Shown here one piece after another: positions 18,565 through 28,313 of a stretch of DNA of 32,638 bases. Every line of letters starts with the position of its first letter. The first letter of the stretch is position 1. Location of the stretch: contig JAYUUN010000083.1 in the NCBI GenBank assembly GCA_043754535.1, positions 1-32,638 on the forward strand, given 5' to 3'. Position numbers and translations under genes: made by a program. Under the pieces are notes generated by a model. It was not told the origin of the DNA, ran no database searches, and was given only the letters and a program-made list of their open reading frames with translations. The stretch comes from Chloroflexota bacterium. Lineage in GTDB: Bacteria > Chloroflexota > Chloroflexia > QHBQ01.

Positions 18565-19854
18565 ATGCACCTGACCAACCTCAACCTGACAGACTTCCGC
18601 AGCTACGAACGGCTAGGGCTGGCCCTATCGCCGGGGATCAGCGTGCTGCTCGGCGACAATGCCACTGGCAAGACGACCCTGCTCGAAGCGATCTACTTCC
18701 TTGCCACCACCCGTTCGCACCGCTCTAGCTCCGACGCTGAGTTGATCAACCGCGCTGCCATCGCCGACATGGGCGCACCCCCCTTCAGCCGCCTGCTCGC
18801 CCTGGTAGAGCGGGCGCGGGGCGATTTGCGGGTAGAGATTGTGATCGCCCGCGATGCCGAGCGCGAAATCAACCAGCAGGTTAGCGGCCTCGCCCGCAAG
18901 CAGGTAAAGATCAACGGGGTAGCTCGCCGCGCCGCCGACCTGATCGGCCAGGTCAACGTGGTCATGTTTGCGCCAGAGGACATGGCCCTAGTCACTACTG
19001 CCCCTGCCGCCCGCCGCCGCTACCTGGACATGACCATCTCGCAGGTAGACCACCGTTATATGCTCTCGCTAGCCCAATACAACAAGGTGCTACTGCAACG
19101 CAACGCCCTGCTGCGCGACATCCGCGACCGGGGCCGCAACTCCAGCAGCCCCGCAGTGCGTGAGGAGATGGTCTACTGGAATGGTGAACTGGCCCAGGCG
19201 GGGGCGTATGTTAGCCTGCGCCGACAGGACTTCCTGCTGCGCCTCTCTGCGCTAGCCGAGCCGCTGCATGAGCAACTAGTAGGCACGGGCGCGCCGCTCT
19301 GCCTGCTCTACAGTAGTGCGGTCGCCCCCAACGTGCGGGCCAATCTTGCGCCCACGCTGGCGGCACCCCGCCCATCCGCTACCCCACAGCTAGCAGCGGG
19401 CATTCCCCAGGTACACCGTCTCACCGAGCAGGTGCAAACTGAGTTCGCCGCCCAGTTGGAGGCCGCCCGCCAGGACGAGGCCCGGCGCGGCGTGTCGCTG
19501 ATCGGCCCCCACCGCGACGACTTCAGCTTCAGCCTGGGCGACGGCCCCCAGGCTTCTCCCCTTGCGGTCTACGGTAGTCGTGGGCAGCAGCGCAGTGCGA
19601 TCCTCGCCCTGAAGCTGGCCGAACTCGCCCTGATGGAGCAGGAGGTGGGCGACCGTCCGATCCTGCTGCTCGACGACATCCTCAGCGAACTGGACGCGAG
19701 CCGCCGCCAATTCTTGCTAGAGACGGTGCGGGCCAACCCCCGCCAGGTGTTGATCACTGGCACCGCTGCCGCTGACTTTGAGCCGAGCTTCCTGCAAGAT
19801 GCGACCCGCTACCGGGTGGCGGCGGGTCGGGTGACGGAGCTTGCCGAGGATTGA
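18565..19854 (+). CDS. recF: DNA replication/repair protein RecF
   Basis: FRSY, GDNATGKT, RRRYLD, GPHRDD, GSRGQQRS, PILLLDDILSELD. Confidence 0.93.
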   Translation: MHLTNLNLTDFRSYERLGLALSPGISVLLGDNATGKTTLLEAIYFLATTRSHRSSSDAELINRAAIADMGAPPFSRLLALVERARGDLRVEIVIARDAEREINQQVSGLARKQVKINGVARRAADLIGQVNVVMFAPEDMALVTTAPAARRRYLDMTISQVDHRYMLSLAQYNKVLLQRNALLRDIRDRGRNSSSPAVREEMVYWNGELAQAGAYVSLRRQDFLLRLSALAEPLHEQLVGTGAPLCLLYSSAVAPNVRANLAPTLAAPRPSATPQLAAGIPQVHRLTEQVQTEFAAQLEAARQDEARRGVSLIGPHRDDFSFSLGDGPQASPLAVYGSRGQQRSAILALKLAELALMEQEVGDRPILLLDDILSELDASRRQFLLETVRANPRQVLITGTAAADFEPSFLQDATRYRVAAGRVTELAED

Positions 19855-19869
19855 GTGCGGTGCAGCAAG

Positions 19870-22566
19870 CTACAGCAAACAAAAGTCCCCGCCTCCAGTT
19901 GGAAGCGGGGACTTCGCTAATCGTATCTCTAAGGGCGCGGTCGTGATCGCCTGGTGAACAACCTTGCTCAGTTCGCCACGGGCGATGCTGGAGTTGGGGC
20001 GGAAGCAGGTGCCACTACCGCCAGCGCAGGTCGCCCCGCCGATTATGCCCACATGAGCCAGCGTCTCGATCTGCTGGTAGCCAAAGGCAGTAGCTGGCAC
20101 GTCGCTGAAGGTCGGACTGGTCGGGGTGAAAGCCGGGTAGTTGCGGATGCGTTGCACTATTACCACAGTCTCCACCCGACTGATGTTGGCGTTGGGCCGG
20201 AAGGTGCCGCCAGGGAAGCCACTAATCGCCCCTGCATGGACAGCAGCCTCGACGTACTGGTAGAAGGTGTAGCTGGCAGGCACGTCGCTGAAGGTCGGGC
20301 TGGTCGGGGTGAAGGCGGGCAGACTGAAGCCGAGCGCAGCAATCTTGGCGAACTGACCGCGACTGGTGTTGGCGTTGGGCCGGAAGGTGCCGCCAGGGAA
20401 GCCGTTGATCACCCCACGACAGGCCAGGAAGGTGATATCGCCATAGAAGATGTTGCTGGTCGGCACGTCGCTGAAGCTGATCGCGCAGGCGGTGGCCGTC
20501 GGGCTGACTACCGCCGTGCTAGTGGCCGTCGGGGTGACTACTGCCGTGCTGGTGGCAGTGCTGCCAGCCGGGACGGTGCTGGTCGCAGTGCTACCTGCTG
20601 GCACCGTGCTGGTCGCAGTGCTGCCCGCCGGAGCCGTGCTGGTCGCAGTGCTGCCAGCCGGGACGGTACTGGTGGCGGTGCTGCCAGCCGGGGCCGTGTT
20701 GGTGGCGGTGCTGCCAGCCGGGACGGTGCTGGTGACGGTAGGTTGCACCGGGGTGGCGGTTGGCGTGCCGTTAGGGTCAACCACGGTTAGGAAGGCGGCG
20801 GTGATTGGCCCCCATGTCTGGAAGCCCTGGTAGTCAGTCGCCCCGCGCCCGCGCATGAAAATGATGTGCCGCCCAAAGCTGAGACCGCTGGTGGCGATGC
20901 TGGCCTGAGCCTGCTCGTTGGTGCTGTTGAAGCTGCCGTCCACTGCCGTCATGCTGATGCCCACGCTGCCGGTAATCCAGGGCGGCGTGTCCAGGTAATA
21001 CTCGGCGGCCCCCACGTTCTGGCTCAGGGTGTTGGCCGTCCAGTTGTACTGGATCGTAGCCAGCAGGCTGGCACTAACCCCCTGGGTGACCGTTAGTGGG
21101 ATGCTGGCGGTGCCGGTCACGTCTGGGCCGTGGGCTAGCAGGTAGGGATAGCGGGCGATCTTGGCCTCGTAGAGCAAGGCACCCCGGTTCTCCGGCCAGA
21201 GAGTGTTCTGGGTGTAGTCGTAGGGAACGAAGAAGTCGTTACCATCCACCTCGGTGGTGAAGGAGGCGATACCCAGTTCGCCATAGCCCCAGTCGGCAGA
21301 GGTGCCGTCGGTGGCGTAGAGACCAATAGACTGCTCGGAGAGGTAGCCGCTACCGCCCGCGTTCACCGCACTCATGTGGTTGCTGATGTTGCGCAACTCA
21401 GTATTGTTGGGGGTGATGCTGTTAACCCCACCCCAGGGGTAGAGGTTGAGGGCGGCGTTGGAGTGCATACTCTGGAAGATGCCAGTGGTGGTCAACGGGG
21501 CCAGGTTGACGGTCGGCTCGGTCGTCCCCGACCCGTTTGCGTCAGCGATCAGGCTGCGCACGTAAGCCGTCTCGGAGATCACCTCTGGCTCGGAACCTGC
21601 CGAAGGGCCACGATAGGTCTGGCTGCACACGGCACCGCTGCTGCCATTATGCTGCCCCCACTGGAAGCGGTAGTTGCGGTTGAGGTCAACCCCCTTCTGG
21701 CTACTTGCGCTTGGCGGCCAGGTGGTGCAGCTACCAGAGACGTAGTTGCCGTTCTTGCGCTGGTAGTAAGCACTGTTCGGGCTGCCGCCGTTCTCAACCT
21801 GGTGGTGGCCGTCGGGGTTGAGCATCGGCACTACCCAGATGTCGTGGTAGTCCACCAACCAGTGTACGTCGGCGTTGGTGTCGTAGTTGTCCAGCAGGTA
21901 CTGAACGTAGTTCATGCCGATCTCATGCACGGCGATCTCGCGGGCGTGGATACCAGCAGTGTACCAGAAGACCGGCTTGGGGCCAGGGATAGACTGGTTA
22001 GTGATGTGCATTGCCCAGAGATCGTAGCCGTTGCTGCTATAGCCAGAGGCGGGGACACAGGGGGCGTGATCCTTGCACCACGAGTTGCCAAAATCCACCT
22101 TCTGCACTAGGCCGGGGTGCGCGGCTACCTGCTGGTCGAAGAAGCTCTGCATCTCCTCTACCGTGCGGTAGCCACCACAGAAGTTGACATCCGCTGGGCA
22201 AGTATCGTCGCCCTTGTGCTGGCCGAACAACTGCTTGGGGGCGTTCGCCATTGCGGTCGTCTTCTGGTCGATCTCCACCCGCACGCCCTGGGCCTTCATC
22301 TCGTCGTAAGCAGTCTGGTTGGCCCAGACAGTCAGGTAGCCATGCTGGGTGTTTGCCTCGATAGCATCCCAGCGCACAGCAAGGATATTGCGCTCCTCCA
22401 TCGTCTTGAAGTAGATACGCAACACCAGCACTTGTGGGGCCGGGGCTGCACCGTTGACGAACCCGGCAGCGTCGCCTTGCCCGCCGGTCAGCACCAACAC
22501 CAGAGCCAGATTAAGTACCAGGCCGAGGGCGACCACTGCCGCCACAATCTTACCGCTACGCTTCAT
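19870..22566 (-). CDS. Secreted M14 zinc carboxypeptidase with Thr/Pro-rich repeat linker and three SLH domains
   Basis: Signal peptide, HARE zinc motif, NPDG, RKN, GVDLNRN, SEPE, MHS, DWGYG. Three FSDVP...FRPN...R SLH repeats. Confidence 0.9.
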   Translation of the reverse strand: MKRSGKIVAAVVALGLVLNLALVLVLTGGQGDAAGFVNGAAPAPQVLVLRIYFKTMEERNILAVRWDAIEANTQHGYLTVWANQTAYDEMKAQGVRVEIDQKTTAMANAPKQLFGQHKGDDTCPADVNFCGGYRTVEEMQSFFDQQVAAHPGLVQKVDFGNSWCKDHAPCVPASGYSSNGYDLWAMHITNQSIPGPKPVFWYTAGIHAREIAVHEIGMNYVQYLLDNYDTNADVHWLVDYHDIWVVPMLNPDGHHQVENGGSPNSAYYQRKNGNYVSGSCTTWPPSASSQKGVDLNRNYRFQWGQHNGSSGAVCSQTYRGPSAGSEPEVISETAYVRSLIADANGSGTTEPTVNLAPLTTTGIFQSMHSNAALNLYPWGGVNSITPNNTELRNISNHMSAVNAGGSGYLSEQSIGLYATDGTSADWGYGELGIASFTTEVDGNDFFVPYDYTQNTLWPENRGALLYEAKIARYPYLLAHGPDVTGTASIPLTVTQGVSASLLATIQYNWTANTLSQNVGAAEYYLDTPPWITGSVGISMTAVDGSFNSTNEQAQASIATSGLSFGRHIIFMRGRGATDYQGFQTWGPITAAFLTVVDPNGTPTATPVQPTVTSTVPAGSTATNTAPAGSTATSTVPAGSTATSTAPAGSTATSTVPAGSTATSTVPAGSTATSTAVVTPTATSTAVVSPTATACAISFSDVPTSNIFYGDITFLACRGVINGFPGGTFRPNANTSRGQFAKIAALGFSLPAFTPTSPTFSDVPASYTFYQYVEAAVHAGAISGFPGGTFRPNANISRVETVVIVQRIRNYPAFTPTSPTFSDVPATAFGYQQIETLAHVGIIGGATCAGGSGTCFRPNSSIARGELSKVVHQAITTAPLEIRLAKSPLPTGGGDFCLL
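19876..19914 (-). terminator. Intrinsic terminator between convergent recF and the peptidase gene
   Basis: AAGTCCCCGC / GCGGGGACTT 10-bp stem followed by a T-rich tract (TTTTGTTTG) on the minus strand. Confidence 0.7.
20491..20730 (-). repeat. 8 x 30-bp intragenic tandem repeat
   Basis: Six units encode (S/N)T(V/A)PAGSTAT and two encode STAVV(T/S)PTAT. Confidence 0.9.
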
Positions 22567-22640
22567 CGATCAACCTTTCTCTTAAACCCACCAGGGAGAC
22601 TACTACAGCCACAGCCACGGTTCAGGGCCAACGGGGACGG

Positions 22641-23717
22641 TTAGCCCAGCCATTTTTGGCCTTCGTAGTATAGCACTGGCCTTCTGCTTTGGCAAATATC
22701 TAACCCATCTCTCATCCCCTCGCCGAACTGCGCGATAGCCTGGGTTAGCCGCTGCTGGTCGGGGAAGGGGCAAGGGCGGGCGCGCAGCCAGGCGGGTAGC
22801 GCGGCAATGGCTGCCAGTTGGCCGCGCAGTCGGGCGCGGGCTGCTGGTTCACGCAGGTGGCGCAGGGCGCGGAAGCTCTCGCGCAGGGTTGCGCCGACGA
22901 AGCGGCCCCAGTGGTCGGCCCACATCGTGCCACTCCAATGCTTGGCGGCCAGGGCGATCAGGTTGCGGCCCACAAAGTAGCTAGCGAGTGCGCCGCCGCC
23001 GCTCGCGCTCAACTTGTGGTAGATCACCGCCTCTGGCACGTAGCGGGCGGTTGCGCCGTGCAGGATCGCCCGAATGTTGAGGTCTACATCTTCGCAGTAC
23101 ATCACCAACCGCTCATCAAATGGCCTGCCATCGGCATTGTCCTGGGCCAGCAGGTCAAGCAGGGAGCGGCGGTAGAGGGCGGCGGCAGCACAGGGGCCGA
23201 ATACCGGGCCAGCCGCAAACTGCCCGCGATCAACCTGCCAGACCCCGCGACTGTTCGGCACTCCACTCCACGAGTAGTAGTCGCCAGTGGTGTGCAGCCG
23301 GGCCGCCTGTGGCTGGGCGGCATAGTAGTCAAGCGGCTCGGCTACTTCGCTGGGCCAGAGGCGGATGTGGCTGGCGAACAAGCCGACCGTCGGGTAAGCA
23401 GCGGCGGCAGCGAGCAAAGCATCCAGCCAGCCCGGTTCGGCGGCCACATCGCTGTTGAACAGGGCGATCAGTTCACCCTGGGCGGCGGCGATCCCGTCGT
23501 TGACGCTGACGGCAAAGCGGCGGTTGCGGGCGTGCCGCAGCACCCGCACTTCAGGGTAGCCTGCCAGCAGGGCCAGCGAACCGTCAGTGCTGGCATCGTC
23601 CACCACGATTACTTCAAAGTCGCGGAAGCTCTGCGCTCGCAACGAGGCCAGGCAAGCGGGCAGCAGGCCCACACCGTTGTAGTTGGGGATTATGACAGAG
23701 ACTAGCGGCTGCTTCAT
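22641..23717 (-). CDS. Glycosyltransferase family 2 (rhamnosyltransferase-like)
   Basis: VSVIIPNYNG, VIVVDDASTDGS, FNSD, FDERLVMYCEDVDL. Same operon as rfbD. Confidence 0.88.
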   Translation of the reverse strand: MKQPLVSVIIPNYNGVGLLPACLASLRAQSFRDFEVIVVDDASTDGSLALLAGYPEVRVLRHARNRRFAVSVNDGIAAAQGELIALFNSDVAAEPGWLDALLAAAAAYPTVGLFASHIRLWPSEVAEPLDYYAAQPQAARLHTTGDYYSWSGVPNSRGVWQVDRGQFAAGPVFGPCAAAALYRRSLLDLLAQDNADGRPFDERLVMYCEDVDLNIRAILHGATARYVPEAVIYHKLSASGGGALASYFVGRNLIALAAKHWSGTMWADHWGRFVGATLRESFRALRHLREPAARARLRGQLAAIAALPAWLRARPCPFPDQQRLTQAIAQFGEGMRDGLDICQSRRPVLYYEGQKWLG

Positions 23718-23760
23718 CAGCTACCTCACGAAGGATGCGTACCTGGGCCATGCCCCCTGC

Positions 23761-24822
23761 TCACGTGATTTGCCGCTGTTCGAGGGCCAGCTTGAAGCGA
23801 GCTGGGTTGGCCGCCACCTGGCTGAGGCCGTTGATCTGTGCGTTCTTCAACTCTGGGGTCTGACACTTAAACTCCAGTTCGCTGCTGAGGAAGGCGCAGA
23901 AGCCCGGTAGCTCGGCCATGGAGCCGACCACGGTTGCGCCGTCTTCGATCACCGCGTCGTGAGTGCGCGGGTCGAACTCCAACCAGAGCCAGCGCAGTTC
24001 CTCCACCAGGTAGTGCAGGCTAGCGCGGATCGCCTTGCTCACCTCCTCACTACTCAACTCGATGTAGCTGGTGCGGTGCATCAGGCGCAGCGAACTGAAG
24101 TGCTGCTTCTCCCCGTCGTCCTTGCTGTCGTCCAGGGCGGCCAGTTCGAGCTTGGCCCGCTCTGCGATGTCCAGCGGCAGCACTTCACCGCGCTCCATAC
24201 GTAGCTGACGGACGATGCTGGTGTCCAGCCAGTCGCCGCCAAAGGGCAGACTGCGGGCAAAGATCACCTGGTTGAGGGCGATCAGGGCCACTTCGACCCC
24301 GCCCACCCCCGCGTCGATGATCAGGCGGGGGCGCGAACCGCTGATCGGCAGGCCGAGCGCGAGACCGACCGCCAGCGGGCTGGGGAAGATACGCACGCTG
24401 CCAGCCCCTGCTGCGATGATCACCCCCATCATTACCATTCGTTCGGCGGGCGTGGCCGAGGCGGGCATCCCAGCAATGACGCGTGGTCGGCCCACCCCCT
24501 TCGTCATCTGGCGCAGGTAGAGGGTAAGCATGATGCGGGCTGCGTCTGGCTCAGCCACCACCCCACGGCGGATTGGGCGCAGGGCTAGCAAGTGGTCGGG
24601 CAGGGTGCCAGAGGCGATCTCCGCCGCTTCCTGACCGATGGCGACCAGCTTATTGCGCGAACGGTCGATCAGCACGATGGCGGGGAACTCTTGCAGACCG
24701 GGCGTGGTTGTGCTGCGCGGGCCAGCCCTGGCGATCCGCACCTGATTGCTACCTGGGTCAATAGCGAGGCGGGCGGCGAAGCGGCCCACCACCGGCATGT
24801 CGGCGATCCCTGGGCGGTGCAT
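23761..24822 (-). CDS. Divergent MreB/Mbl-like actin-family protein
   Basis: AIDPGS, VAIGQEA, RPIRRGVVA, IIDAGVGGVEVA, GGDWLD, AERAK align to the MreB motifs. AAGGAG RBS precedes ATG 24822. Confidence 0.75.
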   Translation of the reverse strand: MHRPGIADMPVVGRFAARLAIDPGSNQVRIARAGPRSTTTPGLQEFPAIVLIDRSRNKLVAIGQEAAEIASGTLPDHLLALRPIRRGVVAEPDAARIMLTLYLRQMTKGVGRPRVIAGMPASATPAERMVMMGVIIAAGAGSVRIFPSPLAVGLALGLPISGSRPRLIIDAGVGGVEVALIALNQVIFARSLPFGGDWLDTSIVRQLRMERGEVLPLDIAERAKLELAALDDSKDDGEKQHFSSLRLMHRTSYIELSSEEVSKAIRASLHYLVEELRWLWLEFDPRTHDAVIEDGATVVGSMAELPGFCAFLSSELEFKCQTPELKNAQINGLSQVAANPARFKLALEQRQIT

Positions 24823-24824
24823 AG

Positions 24825-25706
24825 TCACTCCTTTACCCTGGCGAAGGTGCTGGGCGGCAGCGAGGCGAGGTAGGCGGCCAACGCCTCCTGCCAGGGACGC
24901 ATGGTGATACCGAGGTCGGCAGCGGCGAAGTTGGTGATCGCCGAGAACTGGGGTGGAGTGGCGGCGCGCTGGTAGCTAGCCAGCAGCGTCTCCGTCAACG
25001 GCACGTCACGCCGACCAGTCAGGCGCAGGATTTCTGCCGTGTACTCGAAGCGCGAACAGTAGCCGTCGTTGGGTAGATGGTAGGTGCCGTAGGCCGGGAG
25101 CGGGAGGCTGACCAGCTTGAGCAGGGCCGTGCTGATGTCATCAACCCAGGAGGGGCTGCTGATTTCGTCGGTGACAATGCTGAGGCTGCCACGCTCATCG
25201 GCGGCGCGGATGATCTTGGCGATGAAGTTGTTGCCGCCTGCCCCGAACAGCCAGCTACCACGCACGATGTAGAACTGGCGCAGCAACTGCTGCACATACC
25301 ACTCGCCCGCCGCCTTCGACTTAGCATAGGTGCAGAGGGGGTTGAGGGCTTCCCACTCGCGGAACGGCTCCCTGCGCGTGGGCGGCGCGCTAAACACCCA
25401 GTCGGTGCTGAAGTACATCAAGGGGATGCCCGCCGCCTGACAGTAGTAGGCGAAGTTGCGCGGGCCAAGCGCGTTGACCCTGTAGGCGAGGTCGGGATTG
25501 CGCTCGGCCCCATCCACGTCGGTGTACGCCCCACAGTGCATGATGATGTCGGGCGCGAACTCGTGCAGGGTTGCGTGCATAGCACCCAGTTTGGTGAAGT
25601 CATGCTCCGGCAAGTCCATACCCAAGACCACATGGCCCTGGGCCTCGGCCTGCCGCTGCAAGGTGCCACCCAACTGCCCCTTGCTGCCCGTCACTACCAT
25701 CTTCAT
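24825..25706 (-). CDS. rfbD: dTDP-4-dehydrorhamnose reductase
   Basis: VTGSKGQLG, AYTDVDGAE, STDWVF, YAKSK, GTYH, RPWQEAL. Confidence 0.9.
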   Translation of the reverse strand: MKMVVTGSKGQLGGTLQRQAEAQGHVVLGMDLPEHDFTKLGAMHATLHEFAPDIIMHCGAYTDVDGAERNPDLAYRVNALGPRNFAYYCQAAGIPLMYFSTDWVFSAPPTRREPFREWEALNPLCTYAKSKAAGEWYVQQLLRQFYIVRGSWLFGAGGNNFIAKIIRAADERGSLSIVTDEISSPSWVDDISTALLKLVSLPLPAYGTYHLPNDGYCSRFEYTAEILRLTGRRDVPLTETLLASYQRAATPPQFSAITNFAAADLGITMRPWQEALAAYLASLPPSTFARVKE

Positions 25707-25740
25707 CCTACCACCTCCAGAGGAATCCTGATGCCACCAG

Positions 25741-26562
25741 CTAACGGCTAACCAGCGTTGCTACAAACAGAAGGGCAGCCAGCGATAGGTTGTAGCGCAG
25801 ATAGAAGGCAGCAGCCGTCGCTGGGCGGGCCTGCACGCTGCTGCGCCTGCTGACGAAGCCGACCGCCACCGTCAGCAGCCCCGCCAGGCCGACGACTGCC
25901 GCCACCTGCACTGGTACGCCACCCAGCAAGGGAGGCAGCATCAGAGTCGCAGTAAAGAGGGGCAAGGCAGCTTCCCAACTGAGCAGAGCCAGCACCGCTG
26001 GGGTCGCTTCGGCCCTGCGTCCAGCCAGCCGCTCTGCGTCCTCGCCGACAGCGAAGGGGTGAGCGGCCAGCCTGCCGGGCAGCGCGAGCAGCAACAACAC
26101 AGCTGCCAGCCCCCGCACCAGGGTCGCCAGCGGGCGGCTATCCCAGCCCACTGCTTGCTCCCAGCGCAGGCCGCCTTGCAGCAGGGCCGCCAGGGCAGCG
26201 AAGTAGCCGAGGCTGGCAATGGCGTACAGTTGCAGCCGCCGCGCCCCACCCACCTGCGCCCAGGGGTCGCCCGCTAGCAGTGCCACCAGCACAATGCCCA
26301 GTGGAGCCGCCTCCAACGCTAGAGCCGCCGTCAACAGGTCGCCTTGCAAGAGGCTGGCGCAGGCGAAGGCTGCCCCGAACCAGCCAAGCAAGCCACCCAG
26401 CACCTCTGCCGCCGAGAAGCTAGCGCGTAGCCAGGCGAACGCCGCCCGCCACTCACCCCGCAAGCTGACTGGCTGCTCTGCCAGCCGCAGCCGCAGCCAG
26501 CGCAACAGCCCACCTGCCAACGGCAGCAAAACCAGTAGCAGCAGCAAATAAATGTTGATCAC
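25741..26562 (-). CDS. Integral membrane protein with weak similarity to the NuoH/HycD (complex I subunit 1) family
   Basis: Several hydrophobic segments. WAQVGGARRL and RLAAHPFAVGEDAERLAG..AE resemble the NuoH GA.R and R.PFD..E.E.EL..G...E loops. Confidence 0.5.
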   Translation of the reverse strand: MINIYLLLLLVLLPLAGGLLRWLRLRLAEQPVSLRGEWRAAFAWLRASFSAAEVLGGLLGWFGAAFACASLLQGDLLTAALALEAAPLGIVLVALLAGDPWAQVGGARRLQLYAIASLGYFAALAALLQGGLRWEQAVGWDSRPLATLVRGLAAVLLLLALPGRLAAHPFAVGEDAERLAGRRAEATPAVLALLSWEAALPLFTATLMLPPLLGGVPVQVAAVVGLAGLLTVAVGFVSRRSSVQARPATAAAFYLRYNLSLAALLFVATLVSR

Positions 26563-26797
26563 GCCCAGAGTTTAACACAGCCCCGCCCAGGAGGCAAGTG
26601 GGTGATTTGCGCTGGCTGCAAGGCTTTCGTAGAGACGCTCCTGTAGGTAGCGGTAGGCAGCAGCCACCCCACTGCACCCAACATCCGCAACCGCTCTAAC
26701 CTTTCTAATCCGCAGCTAACTTTGCGATTCGCATCCTGAAGCGGTTTGGCTCGTTCTAAGAGAGCTACGTTGTTTTGTTTCGCCGCCGCTGCTGATG

Positions 26798-26806
26798 TGG
26801 TATCAT
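26798..26806 (+). promoter_or_regulatory. Extended -10 promoter element
   Basis: TG-G-TATCAT about 40 nt upstream of the lipoprotein start. Confidence 0.4.
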
Positions 26807-26847
26807 GGAGCTAGCGGACGTTGTTCCCCACCCAGGAGGTAGTACAC

Positions 26848-28263
26848 TTGAAGCGCACTAATCCCTTCGTCGCCCTCATCTTTGCCGCCCTGCTGCTGAT
26901 TGGCTGCGGCGATGGCACGACTGTCCCGCCGACTGCTACCCTGCCAGCCGCCACCGCCACTAGCCTAGCCAGCCCGCCCACTGCCACGCTGGCTGCCAGC
27001 CTGCCTAGTGCTACCCCCGCCCAGGTGAGTCAGCTTGCCACTGTCACCAGCCCGCCAGCCGCTACGTCCACACCTGAGCAGCCAACTGCCAATCCACCCA
27101 CTGCGCCAACCGCCACCAACCCACCCGCCGTCAACCCCGACGTGCTAACCGCCGAGGCGCAGCCCACCTTCGCTCCGACCGAGGCCGCCACCCGCGCCCC
27201 AATCAGCACGGCGGTAGCATCCGAAGCTGCACTTTCGCCGACCGCCGCACCTTTCGCTACCCAGCCGCAGCCGACCGCCGCCGAGATCGTCACCCCCGCC
27301 AACCAGCGCATCGCGCTGATCTACGATGGTAGGCTGGCAACGGTCAACGCCGACGGCAGCGGCCTCAAGCTGTTGACTGGCATAGGAGCCAGCAACCCAC
27401 GCTGGTCCCCCGACCACTTGCGCATCGCCTTCGCCTTCGCTGAGGGGAAGGACGCGCGCCTGCACATCATCAAGGCGGACGGTAGCGGCGACCTGGGCAT
27501 TGCCGACTCTGGGGGTAACGACGCTAACCCGGCCTGGTCACCCGACAGCAGCACGGTGGCCTTCGAGGTGCGCAATGCCGACCGCAGCCAGATCGCGCTG
27601 GTAGACAGGGCTGGCGGCCAGCTACGCCTCATCGCCGACGGCCAGCAACCAACCTGGCGCAGCGACGGGCAGGTGATCGGCTTCGTCACCTATGGGCTGG
27701 CTGGCGACAGTAGCAACAGCCTGCGCCTGACCAGCGCGCAGGGCAAGAACGAGTGGCAGCCGCTGGCCTACAGCAGCGTGCCGCAAGACCTCTCTGCCTA
27801 TAACTACCCCTTCAGCCCTGGCACTACCAGCCTCGGCAACCCCCAGTACAGCGCGAGTGGCCGCATCGCTCTCGCCGCCCGGGGCCACAGCGGGCTGGTC
27901 CTGAGCGTGAATGGGCAGGGCCAAGACTTGCAGGTGCTGGGCTTTAGCTACGAAGGTGGCATTGGCGCGCTGGATTGGTCACCAAGCAGCAGCTACCTGG
28001 CCTATGAGAACCAGGGCGCAAGCGGCATCACCACTGTCAACATTGTGGACAGCAGCAAAGCGGTGGACGCGAACAGTACGCCGCTAGCCAGCTTCGGTTC
28101 GCCGCAAAACAGCAGCGGCTACCGTGACCCCGCCTGGTCGCCGAGCGGCAAGCAGCTTGCCCTGGTCGCGCTGGACGGGGAACGCAGCAGCGGCCTCGCC
28201 ATTAGCGACCTTAGCAGCCCTCGCCTGGTTCTCAAAGGCAACGTGACGGAGATAGATTGGTGA
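26848..28263 (+). CDS. Lipoprotein with P/T/A-rich linker and TolB-like (PD40) beta-propeller
   Basis: Lipobox LIGC, then a low-complexity linker and repeated P.WSPD/WSPS motifs. AGGAGG RBS precedes TTG 26848. Confidence 0.82.
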   Translation: MKRTNPFVALIFAALLLIGCGDGTTVPPTATLPAATATSLASPPTATLAASLPSATPAQVSQLATVTSPPAATSTPEQPTANPPTAPTATNPPAVNPDVLTAEAQPTFAPTEAATRAPISTAVASEAALSPTAAPFATQPQPTAAEIVTPANQRIALIYDGRLATVNADGSGLKLLTGIGASNPRWSPDHLRIAFAFAEGKDARLHIIKADGSGDLGIADSGGNDANPAWSPDSSTVAFEVRNADRSQIALVDRAGGQLRLIADGQQPTWRSDGQVIGFVTYGLAGDSSNSLRLTSAQGKNEWQPLAYSSVPQDLSAYNYPFSPGTTSLGNPQYSASGRIALAARGHSGLVLSVNGQGQDLQVLGFSYEGGIGALDWSPSSSYLAYENQGASGITTVNIVDSSKAVDANSTPLASFGSPQNSSGYRDPAWSPSGKQLALVALDGERSSGLAISDLSSPRLVLKGNVTEIDW

Positions 28264-28272
28264 GCGGGGACA

Positions 28273-28310
28273 CAAAGAGGGGCGCACTTTGCGGGTGCGC
28301 CCCTTTCTGT
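28273..28310. terminator. Bidirectional intrinsic terminator
   Basis: AGGGGCGCAC / GTGCGCCCCT stem with T-rich tails on both strands, between convergent genes. Confidence 0.75.
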
Positions 28311-28313
28311 TGC

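Noticed and set aside
18565..19854. recF away from dnaA-dnaN-gyrB as a novelty
   Set aside because: Dispersal of recF from the origin cluster occurs in many lineages and is not informative alone.
26696..26721. CTAAC-like repeats upstream of the lipoprotein gene as a regulator site
   Set aside because: Irregular spacing (9 and 11 bp) and a short motif; could be chance.
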